From positions 196,920 through 260,919 of the forward strand of contig CP060236.1 in assembly GCA_023898725.1 (NCBI GenBank): a stretch of 64,000 nucleotides of DNA. The letters are read 5' to 3'. The translations under genes were made by a program, and so were the position numbers. This stretch comes from Alphaproteobacteria bacterium. GTDB lineage: Bacteria > Pseudomonadota > Alphaproteobacteria > JAUHZC01. Positions 35,301 to 43,300 of the stretch are shown here, piece by piece. Every line of letters starts with the position of its first letter. Positions within the stretch are counted from its first letter, which is position 1. Below the pieces are notes generated by a model. That model worked only from the letters and a program-made list of their open reading frames with translations. It had not been told where the DNA came from and did not search any database.

Positions 35301-36776
35301 CTTATCACGCCTCCATATTCTTACACGGCACCTTTTTTCTCCCGCATTCATCCCCAACACGTAATCCAAATCCAAAACCCCTTCGGCTGGGCTATTGTTC
35401 ACTTGATATGTCGTAGGATACCCCCGAGGCAAAATCCGTTGATAGTCAGCTTTGTTATGAGGATTAGCTTGCAACAAAAGTAATATCTTGTCCTGCCATC
35501 GTGTGAGAAAATCCATAATCTCTGGCTGAATATCCCTACGTGCAAGATCGTTGGTGTATACACGATAATGAGCAAAGGCAAGCGCATAGCTATATACTGC
35601 CGCATTTACCAGTTCTGTGCGCCGTGATAACTTCTGCGCAAGATACGCTGATAGCGCCTCAAACAAAGTGGTATCAAAATTGGGACCAGGGATAAGTATC
35701 ACAATATTTGTATAACGTTTGAAAGGATCCTGGGTGACAATCACGCCAAAGTTATGGTTCGTTTTCGCTTCAAGAATACCCTGACCTATATGCATGAGGG
35801 TTGTGATATCACTTTGAAAAATTTCGTCACGAGGAAAACTGTCATACATATGATGGAGCCATTTTCCATCATGCCAACCCTCTCCAAGACCAAGTCGTGT
35901 TATGACACGCGAAATATTATCAGAAATATAGGGAATATAACGCGTCCCGACGGTATAGGCTTCCGAGGTATATAAACCAACAATCACTAAATATTCGCAA
36001 GGCTGGTCTTGGTTTTTCACCAGCGGGACAAAAATAAGATCCATAGGCAAAAACCGATGGACGGGAGACTTACATGACGACTTAGCAAAAACTATTTCTT
36101 TTTGGCTGATCAAAACATCAGACCGTTTTTTTTGACTAACCCCCTTTAATAAAGACTGCAGGGTGTATCCACCAGACGCCAAGAGACCACACGCATCTTT
36201 CCCCTGTGTGGCACGTTTATCGGTAAAAGCACACCCGAAAAAACTAAAGTGTCCATTAAGGAGCCATCCAAGATATCTCTTGCCATGCGAATGGATCGGT
36301 ACGCTATCATTAATGAGGGTGGTTACGTGTGCCAAACTGCTGTTAATTTCATGCAAAAGAATAAGGCGCTCTTTCAAAATCGATACAAATGCATCAAACG
36401 CAAATTCCTGAGGAAAAACAAAAACAGCCAAAACCTCCGTTGTAAAAGTCTTTCTATCCGCTGTTGCGTTGTAAGAAATGGCGTAAACGTCACTTTCTTT
36501 CCCTGTGCGCGGCACACAAAAACGCGCATAAGAAAACACGCACGGCGTTATTTTTCGTTCCTCCAGAACTACATGCATTGTGCTAATAAGAAGCGCAGAC
36601 TCCTGTGCCATAAGTATAATACGGGTGTCATGAGGCGTGTTTTGTACGCAAACACGAAAACCCCAGCGATTGCATAACTGAGTTGCTAATCTATTAATTT
36701 CATCCAGAATGTCTTCATCAATATACGGACCCAAAGAAGGCATATCCGCTAATAATTCTTTGTTAAAAACATTCAT
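32364..36776 (-). CDS. Large NAD-specific glutamate dehydrogenase (GdhB-type, 1470 aa).
   Basis: The length and central catalytic domain fit NAD-GDH. The catalytic region (GGKNGYEHKKLGITAKGAW, DVFGNGML) is characteristic of the ~180-kDa NAD-GDH family. Confidence 0.8.
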   Translation of the reverse strand: MNVFNKELLADMPSLGPYIDEDILDEINRLATQLCNRWGFRVCVQNTPHDTRIILMAQESALLISTMHVVLEERKITPCVFSYARFCVPRTGKESDVYAISYNATADRKTFTTEVLAVFVFPQEFAFDAFVSILKERLILLHEINSSLAHVTTLINDSVPIHSHGKRYLGWLLNGHFSFFGCAFTDKRATQGKDACGLLASGGYTLQSLLKGVSQKKRSDVLISQKEIVFAKSSCKSPVHRFLPMDLIFVPLVKNQDQPCEYLVIVGLYTSEAYTVGTRYIPYISDNISRVITRLGLGEGWHDGKWLHHMYDSFPRDEIFQSDITTLMHIGQGILEAKTNHNFGVIVTQDPFKRYTNIVILIPGPNFDTTLFEALSAYLAQKLSRRTELVNAAVYSYALAFAHYRVYTNDLARRDIQPEIMDFLTRWQDKILLLLQANPHNKADYQRILPRGYPTTYQVNNSPAEGVLDLDYVLGMNAGEKRCRVRIWRRDKRVWGIKVYTLHEGLLLTKIVSNLVNFGLEVSRESVYRIETIAGVDLWIHDLYASCASDTCAVGEVTARNLTDALERRWSGQLGDSVANLALLRLNVTWRECFLVTCFLQYMKQLGFAYAPESLARIITCHGSIMGRILDLFKAHHDSTLAHTLADRRTIGRLIFEEILVDLDGMRDSEAEQWLRGLVLVVWATVRTNFYRDFYQKSAGEHIALKISSEKLPFLQTPPPFCEIFVYSNSFEGVHVRGGKVSRGGIRWSDRGEDYRTEVYGLFKAQMVKNAVIVPVGAKGVFYVRAGRSDFARPDMYKTHGVCCYKSFVRALIDITDNSVDKKIVHPHGIVCFDDPDPYLVIAADKGTAAFSDYANDISRKQGFWLGDAFASGGKNGYEHKKLGITAKGAWVSVSHHLKTLGIDEQTDALSVVGVGDMSGDVFGNGMLISPRIALVAAFDHRHIFLDPKPDLKRSYAERARLFSLKQSSWEDYNANTLSKGGGIFSRDSKHIPVTVEMRLLLDLPTTMTEIKPDDLIRAILSARVDLLWLGGVGTFVCASFETSDTVNDTTNNAVRVFANTLRCRIIGEGANLGITQQGRIEFSRLGGLLNTDSIDNSAGVNCSDYEVNLKILLGHAQAAGKISVSQRNALLRKMTQDVVACVLKNNHNQNLLLSRMQREVKMNPTRIQLLITYLESKKIIQAGRELSRDYSLISMTRPELSLVVAHAKNLWIMHGLENDFDHKAFKTVLYQYFPAILVTKYSAEIDNHPLAPNIILTELINTLINTMGLGFLPIVMRESEQSLLRCVRAWFVLHQNFLHTEFLEDVHYATVMQIACVYLLNTSTRGSVCLDDDDLAICMQNLRLSSAIADIPAAMIFLGLTIYMGVHCRRKIVDTEKFADALASETLRSVVSMLIPEPSASLAEHTLFSHELCLVMNACGACFSKGYGLQPPDHQEIPENSADLTCAERVVYARAYVNALTAAMTTPID

Positions 36777-36789
36777 TCCGTAAACTGAG

Positions 36790-36948
36790 AAAAAACACCC
36801 TATTTTCTTATGCTAGCACATGAATGTTTAAATATTGTTTATATATTTTCACAAATTCATAAACATAATTAAAAATAAAAGTAATAATAAATTTAATATT
36901 AATAAGTAATGAGTATATTTTTTATATTTATTAAACTGTGAAACAATC
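36790..36948 (+). promoter_or_regulatory. Extremely AT-rich leader or promoter region upstream of the secreted protein gene.
   Basis: About 160 bp are nearly devoid of G/C (for example AAATAAAAGTAATAATAAATTTAATATTAATAAGTAATGAG). This is consistent with a curved DNA or H-NS/IHF-type regulatory region. Confidence 0.3.
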
Positions 36949-37650
36949 ATGAAAAAAACAAACAAAAACTCAGTGCTTTTTCCATCAGCAATGAGCATCC
37001 TTTTTATTACCTCAATCGCGGCAAGTAACGACAACGTAACAGCCATAACCGATATCGTTCTTGAGCCCTCTTCTCCTGCTGTGCCTGCACACATAGAACC
37101 TGTTTCTGTTGGGTGTTGGGGCTCATTCATGCGTTGCCTCGGGCGCACAGCAGATGTCATCGAAGATGGCGCCATTCAGATAGAACGCCTTTCTGCGCAA
37201 GTATCCCGCATATCTCAAATCACAGGGAGTGCAGCAGATGTTATCGGCATTCAAATAGATACATTCTTAGCCTTGGCTCCTGAGGGATCTCTGAGTGCCG
37301 AAGCACGAACAAATATTTTAAAAACCCGTCAAGCAATGCAGAATATACACGATTACAGCGCCATTGTATCAGGGCATGCAGCTACTACTGAAGAAGCATT
37401 AGCAGGGATTCGCACAGGAGGAATAACTTTTGAGACTGCCCTTCGAACGGCACGATTGGTACGCACTGCATTACCATCAACCGAAGATACCCGCGAAGCA
37501 CGCGCTGCCCTTGATATGATTTTTGCCACAGCAAAGGCTGCTAAGGACGCACACGCGAAAAATGTGGGTAAAATCCCCAATAGTGTCACAGAACTCTCTC
37601 TTCCTGTGGACAAGAACGCAGATGAAAACCCAAATCCTTATATCGTGTAA
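36949..37650 (+). CDS. Hypothetical secreted Ala-rich protein.
   Basis: A signal peptide (MKKTNKNSVLFPSAMSILFITSIAASND) is present. The product is low-complexity, A/T/S-rich and helical. No known domain was recognised. Confidence 0.4.
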   Translation: MKKTNKNSVLFPSAMSILFITSIAASNDNVTAITDIVLEPSSPAVPAHIEPVSVGCWGSFMRCLGRTADVIEDGAIQIERLSAQVSRISQITGSAADVIGIQIDTFLALAPEGSLSAEARTNILKTRQAMQNIHDYSAIVSGHAATTEEALAGIRTGGITFETALRTARLVRTALPSTEDTREARAALDMIFATAKAAKDAHAKNVGKIPNSVTELSLPVDKNADENPNPYIV

Positions 37651-37807
37651 ACACAAAACTATTCATCTATAATCTTCTTTTGTGAGGCTCGGGATGCATT
37701 TCCCGAGCTTCATACAGGAGAACATAAATATATTTGCAAAATCCTCTTTCACTGCCTAGAGTAATAGCGTTATATTGCAGATCCATAATCAAGAAAAAGG
37801 ATACACC

Positions 37808-38143
37808 ATGTCAGGAAAGCACACGATTGCAGCCACAGATGCAACACTTGATCAGGAAATTGCACTATCATCAGTTCCTGTTCTGATTGATTTTTGGGCC
37901 CCCTGGTGCGGCCCTTGCAAAATGTTGAGTCCGATTCTGGAGGAACTGGCTAGCGAAATGCTTGATGCCGTAAAAATCGTCACAGTCGACGTTGAAAAAA
38001 ATCCCGAAGCCGCCACAAAATACACCATTGCCAGCATCCCAACACTTTTGTTACTCAAAAACGGAAAAGTATTAAGCACAAAAACGGGGTTCTCACCCAA
38101 ACCAACCCTCATGGCATGGATCACCGAACACACCCAAAAATAG
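37808..38143 (+). CDS. trxA: Thioredoxin.
   Basis: The WAPWCGPCK active site is present. The 111-aa length fits when starting at MSGKH. Confidence 0.9.
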   Translation: MSGKHTIAATDATLDQEIALSSVPVLIDFWAPWCGPCKMLSPILEELASEMLDAVKIVTVDVEKNPEAATKYTIASIPTLLLLKNGKVLSTKTGFSPKPTLMAWITEHTQK

Positions 38144-38157
38144 AGAAGAATACGCAA

Positions 38158-39879
38158 ATGCTTCCCCTTGTCCGCGCTGCAGAGAAGGTAAAAAAATCCC
38201 ACCTGGGAGCCTTTGTGACATTTCGCACGGACCACCACCTTAACGAGTACTTACCTCCCGCCGCAGAACACCTAGCATGGCTCACAGGATTTACAGGAAG
38301 CGCAGGCCTTCTTATCATAACCCCTGAAAAAACAGGGTTATTTGTAGATGGCCGATACGCAACACAAGCGCCCCAACAAGTCCATCCGGGTGTTTGCGTT
38401 CACTCATGGAATTGGAAAGAAATTAAAACATTCCTTCATGAGCACGTTCCACACGCGATCCCCATCGGTATCGACGCTGACCATCTTTGTGCAGAAAGTG
38501 CCTGCATGTGGCGTGAAACGCTGAGCAGTAGAAACCCTCTATCCTTTATATCCGGTTTTATTGATGAAATATGGGATGCACGCCCCCCTTGGCCTTGCAC
38601 ACCCTTTGTTGATTTAGATGAATCATTTTCTGGCGCCGCAACAGCAACAAAACTAGCCAAGCTGCAACAAATTATCCATAAGAAAAATGCAGACGCACTG
38701 GTAGTTTCAAACCTGTGTGCCTTAGCATGGCTTTTGAATATCCGCGGGTCTGACCTTGAGCACACACCGGTTAGTTACGCCTATGCTTTTGTGCCAGCCA
38801 CCGGTAATCCTGTTTTATTTACACGAAGCCCCTACACAGGAAAGGCACCCGTTGATAAAAAAGACTACGACAGCTTTGTTCCCTATATGGGAACCCTGCA
38901 GGGCCTTCGACTCTTACTTGATCCGTGCGAAACAACCGAGGCACTGTGGCAATACCTTCATAAGGCCCACGACGTAATCCCCACCCCCAATCCGGTAGTC
39001 CCTTGGAAGGCACAAAAAAACACAACGGAAATCCAAGGATTTCGAGACTGTCACATCCAGGACTCCCTTGCCTTGTGCGAAACGTTTGCATGGATACATG
39101 ACACCCATACCCACAAACGTCCTTTGTCAGAAATAAGCATTGAGGCGTTCATGAATGAACACCGCCGCCAAAAGCTATACAATCGTGGGCTCAGCTTTGA
39201 CCCAATTGTGGGCTGGAATGCTAACGGTGCCATTATTCATTATCGCGCAACACCCCATACAAACGCTGGCATTTCCGGAAATGGGCTTCTGCTGATTGAT
39301 TCGGGCGGACAGTACAAGAATGGTACAACAGATGTAACACGCACCTTAGCCTTAGGCTGTCCCACTCCTGATCAGATTTCCGATTATACACACGTGCTCA
39401 AGGGGATGATCCACCTCAGCCAAGCCCATGTTGATGAGGGAACATCCGGTATGGCACTTGATACACTTGCACGTACACCTATCATCCACTACGGACAAAA
39501 CTATGCTCACGGAACGGGTCACGGTGTTGGTCATAGCCTCAGTGTGCACGAGGGGCCTTTTCATATTTCCCCACGCGCCACAGACGTTGGACTCAAGCCT
39601 GGCATGGTCCTATCCAATGAGCCTGGTATTTATCACCCCGGAAAGTATGGCATTCGTATTGAAAACCTTATGGTCGCTCTTCGAGGAACAGACGACTATA
39701 TAGTATTTGAAACCCTCACACAGGTTCCTCTTGATCGCACATTAATTGACAAGAACATACTGACCCCTGAAGAAATCGCCTGGGTTAACGCTTATCACGC
39801 CGGAATCATCTCTCGCATCCAGGAGCATCTTACACCGAGGGGACGTTCCTGGTTAACACAAGCATGTGCGATACTCTAA
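38158..39879 (+). CDS. pepP: Xaa-Pro aminopeptidase (M24B family, creatinase N-terminal domain).
   Basis: The M24 metal-ligand motifs are present (HGTGHGVGHSLSVHEGP, NEPGIYHPG). The start is set at MLPLV after the trxA stop. Confidence 0.8.
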   Translation: MLPLVRAAEKVKKSHLGAFVTFRTDHHLNEYLPPAAEHLAWLTGFTGSAGLLIITPEKTGLFVDGRYATQAPQQVHPGVCVHSWNWKEIKTFLHEHVPHAIPIGIDADHLCAESACMWRETLSSRNPLSFISGFIDEIWDARPPWPCTPFVDLDESFSGAATATKLAKLQQIIHKKNADALVVSNLCALAWLLNIRGSDLEHTPVSYAYAFVPATGNPVLFTRSPYTGKAPVDKKDYDSFVPYMGTLQGLRLLLDPCETTEALWQYLHKAHDVIPTPNPVVPWKAQKNTTEIQGFRDCHIQDSLALCETFAWIHDTHTHKRPLSEISIEAFMNEHRRQKLYNRGLSFDPIVGWNANGAIIHYRATPHTNAGISGNGLLLIDSGGQYKNGTTDVTRTLALGCPTPDQISDYTHVLKGMIHLSQAHVDEGTSGMALDTLARTPIIHYGQNYAHGTGHGVGHSLSVHEGPFHISPRATDVGLKPGMVLSNEPGIYHPGKYGIRIENLMVALRGTDDYIVFETLTQVPLDRTLIDKNILTPEEIAWVNAYHAGIISRIQEHLTPRGRSWLTQACAIL

Positions 39880-39912
39880 AACCAGGGTTCACTTGCGCCC
39901 CCATCATCCTCG

Positions 39913-42900
39913 TTACGCTTTTTTCTTTTGCCACGCAGCAAGATTAGGCCGGGATTTCATATCCAATTGTAGTGGAGGCTTCTTTTTAAGTTCCTTAAGA
40001 GCCTCAGAAATTCCACGATCAAGCTGTGGATCTTTGCCTAATGCAAAATCCTGTGGTGTGATCTCTACTTCAATATCCGGATCAACCCCATAATTTTCAA
40101 CACTCCAGCCCAAGTCTTTAAACCAAAAAGAATACTCTGGTTGTGTCGTCATTCCACGATCTGCAAGACCGTGACTAGGGCTAATGCCAATCACCCCTCC
40201 CCACGTACGCTTGCCGATCAAGGGACCTAGATCTAACATTTTGAAGCAATGGGAAAAAATATCACCATCAGAGCCTGCGTATTCATTAGTTAGCGCTACC
40301 ATGGCTCCTGACGGGGAATCAGCAGGATAGGTCATAACTCCACTCCAGCGACTCATGTCGTAACCCAGACGCTGGCGCATCAATTTTTCGAGCAACAAGG
40401 GAGAAACAGACCCCCCGCCATTAAAACGAACATCGATAATTAAAGCATCACGCGCGCACTCCTTCAGATATCCTCTGTGAAACTCCCCGAATCCCTCTTT
40501 CCCCATGTCAGGAATATGTACGTATCCCACCTTACCTTTGGTTGCTTTATGCACATAGGAACGGTTCGCATCCACCCAGGCACGGTAGCGGAGTGACGTT
40601 TCACTTGGCAGTGGCTTAACGGAAACATACCGAGTCTTCTTCTGACCTTTTGGTAGGACAGTTATGCGCACCTCATGGCCTGCCTGGTATAGCAAAACTT
40701 GACGAGGAGATACTTTTTCAGATAAGGAAATGCCATTAATCTCCGTTATTACATCTCCCTCGTTCATACGCACACCCGGGTGAATAAGCGGTGAGCTCGA
40801 TGCCAACTTTCCCACATTTCCTGTATAAATTTTGGTGATACGGTAGCCCTTAGCCTTGGGGTCATAAACAAAGTCTGCGCCAATTTTCCCCACACGCAGT
40901 TTGGGGGTCGGCTGCTCATCCCCACCCATCACATAGGCGTGAGAAGTTCCCAGCTCACCCTGGACCTCCCAAAGCAAATCTGTTAAGTCAGCGCGGGACC
41001 CTAGCCTTGCTACAAGAGGCTGATAGCGGGTATACACATCCATCCAATCGATTTTCGACATGTCTTCAACCCAGAAATTATCACGCTGTAGTCGCCATGT
41101 TTCATCAAAGATTTGCTGCCACTCCACCCGAGGATCAATACGTATCTTCAGGCGTTCCATATCAATCCATCCGGATTTTTTTGACGGACTATCATCAGAA
41201 TCATCTGGTTTTTCGCCTGCCTTACACACCCGAAGACTACCCTCATGATCTGCATACATAAACCACTGATGGTTCAGCGATAGCTTTTCATCAACAACCT
41301 GCGAAATAAGTGTTTCCGTTTTTTTGGATTCGTAATCAAAAACCTTCAAAATCTGTCCCTTGGAACGCGATGCGTTCCCGGGCATGTGGCCCAAGATTAC
41401 CTTGCCAGGTACACCCATCACCAAGGAATAGACACCAGCAGGGACAGGAAACTCAAGAACGCGGGTCTCAATTCCCTCAAAGTCGATTCCCAAGGATTTC
41501 TGGGGTTTTTCTTCATCCTCGTGCGTAGCATCAGGGGCTTCTTTTTTCTTTTTCTTCCCTTCACCTGCCTGAGGTTCGCTAGCAAGCTCTTCTGGTCTAT
41601 CAACGAAAGGATTCTCTCCGTCTGCCTGCAAGACAATGGCATAAGGCTTTGATCCACGAGGAAAATGCATATCAAAGTGCAAAGTATCCCACACGGGTTG
41701 GAACTCCCCATAGCGAATAAAGTAAAGATACTTACCGTCCGGATCAAAGGACGGATATCCATCACGCAGCACAGGCGTTGTAACCTGATGGGCTTTCTTT
41801 TTCTTGATATCCCAAACCATTATCGCCGTCGTGTTTTCACTCAAGCACTTGCCGTACGATATCCATGCACCATCAGCGGACCAACACACGCCCGCAACTC
41901 CCCCAAATGCACTGCGATCAATGAGTGTAATCTTCCAACCCTTGATCTCCACAAGCAAAAGTTCGTGGCGATGGTTGACAACCAACACCTGATCCTTTTT
42001 CCCAGAAGGTAAAAGATCCACCACACGACCCAGTTTACCACTCGATGGATGAGGAGCATTGACACCTCTTTCTTTTTCAGAGGCTCTTTCTGCGGGGGAC
42101 ATGGCTATCCTTACAAGAGTTGTGGCGTCGTATATACCTAAGCGCTCTTCGCCATCGGCATCATTGACAGCAATCAAGCGCTTGCCATCATGCAACCACC
42201 GTGCCAAACGAAAACGTCCTGTGCTGGCCGGATCAATCACATATGTAGCTCCTTCGTGGGTTCCCATATGCAAAGCTTTACCCCGCGAGGTCACTGCCAC
42301 ATGACGACCTGACGGGTGTAGATCAAAATCTTGTAGGTAGTCCTCAGGATCAACATAACGCGATGCCGCTAACGGACGATCTGACTGGAAGGGAACATCA
42401 ATCTTCCCCCCCGCACCTGTCTTAGCATCAATGCGATAAAGGCTACCACCTGATGAGTACACAAGGCTCTCGCCATCTGTGGATAAATGACGAACGTAAT
42501 AGTCTTTATGATCTGTTAGACGCTGCAAATCTTTCCCGGCACTATTGATGGAGTACACATTCCCCATTCCCTCGTGATCACTAATAAAATATACCCGAGA
42601 ATCCACCCACACTGGACGCGAACAATCGGCAGGAGGAAGATCGACCAACACAAAGTTTCCCTTACCCGAAGAGTCAATCCAAATTTGACCTGCCGTGCCC
42701 CCGCGATAGCGCTTCCAATACGCATACTCCCGATAGCCGTGGCGCTGCATAGCGCACATCCCTGTCTTACTATAACTTAAAAATTGGGCGCTACGAGAAA
42801 AAGGAAGATCACCAATCTGGCTTGTTTCGATGTCCACCGTATGAATAGCATAATAGCGCGTAATAGCCTGAAAAGCTGATGTGCGGAAAAGAACTGTTTT

Positions 42901-43191
42901 GTCATCACGCCACCCCACAACCGTTGCGTTTTCATCCACGTAAGTGAGGCGCGTTGACAACCCTGTTGCCATACACATGATATAAACTTCTTCTGAACCC
43001 TCATGCATTCCTGAAAACGCTAAAAATTTTCCATTGGGTGAGAATACAGCATTGCGATCAACACCCGCTTGGGTTGTTAGTCGTCGCGGGATTGTTTGTG
43101 TGGAGAAGTCATAGGCCCACAAATCATCCTCAGCGGTGAAGATAAGGATATTTTTGTGCATTGTGGGATAGCGATAGTAACCTGATGTCAT
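39913..43191 (-). CDS. Tricorn protease homolog (S41 family, with beta-propeller and PDZ domains).
   Basis: The 1092-aa product has a tricorn-like N-terminus (IFTAEDDLWAYD), repeated propeller blades and a PDZ domain. The C-terminal S41 catalytic region is NGGGSVSPLLLEK. Confidence 0.8.
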   Translation of the reverse strand: MTSGYYRYPTMHKNILIFTAEDDLWAYDFSTQTIPRRLTTQAGVDRNAVFSPNGKFLAFSGMHEGSEEVYIMCMATGLSTRLTYVDENATVVGWRDDKTVLFRTSAFQAITRYYAIHTVDIETSQIGDLPFSRSAQFLSYSKTGMCAMQRHGYREYAYWKRYRGGTAGQIWIDSSGKGNFVLVDLPPADCSRPVWVDSRVYFISDHEGMGNVYSINSAGKDLQRLTDHKDYYVRHLSTDGESLVYSSGGSLYRIDAKTGAGGKIDVPFQSDRPLAASRYVDPEDYLQDFDLHPSGRHVAVTSRGKALHMGTHEGATYVIDPASTGRFRLARWLHDGKRLIAVNDADGEERLGIYDATTLVRIAMSPAERASEKERGVNAPHPSSGKLGRVVDLLPSGKKDQVLVVNHRHELLLVEIKGWKITLIDRSAFGGVAGVCWSADGAWISYGKCLSENTTAIMVWDIKKKKAHQVTTPVLRDGYPSFDPDGKYLYFIRYGEFQPVWDTLHFDMHFPRGSKPYAIVLQADGENPFVDRPEELASEPQAGEGKKKKKEAPDATHEDEEKPQKSLGIDFEGIETRVLEFPVPAGVYSLVMGVPGKVILGHMPGNASRSKGQILKVFDYESKKTETLISQVVDEKLSLNHQWFMYADHEGSLRVCKAGEKPDDSDDSPSKKSGWIDMERLKIRIDPRVEWQQIFDETWRLQRDNFWVEDMSKIDWMDVYTRYQPLVARLGSRADLTDLLWEVQGELGTSHAYVMGGDEQPTPKLRVGKIGADFVYDPKAKGYRITKIYTGNVGKLASSSPLIHPGVRMNEGDVITEINGISLSEKVSPRQVLLYQAGHEVRITVLPKGQKKTRYVSVKPLPSETSLRYRAWVDANRSYVHKATKGKVGYVHIPDMGKEGFGEFHRGYLKECARDALIIDVRFNGGGSVSPLLLEKLMRQRLGYDMSRWSGVMTYPADSPSGAMVALTNEYAGSDGDIFSHCFKMLDLGPLIGKRTWGGVIGISPSHGLADRGMTTQPEYSFWFKDLGWSVENYGVDPDIEVEITPQDFALGKDPQLDRGISEALKELKKKPPLQLDMKSRPNLAAWQKKKA

Positions 43192-43300
43192 GAATTTTTA
43201 GAGAGAATTTTACCTACTAATAGCAGATTTGGCCTAGGCCGCTAAGGGTTTTTCGTATAATTTTATCACTAGGGAGACTATGAAAGAGTTCTGAGCCACT

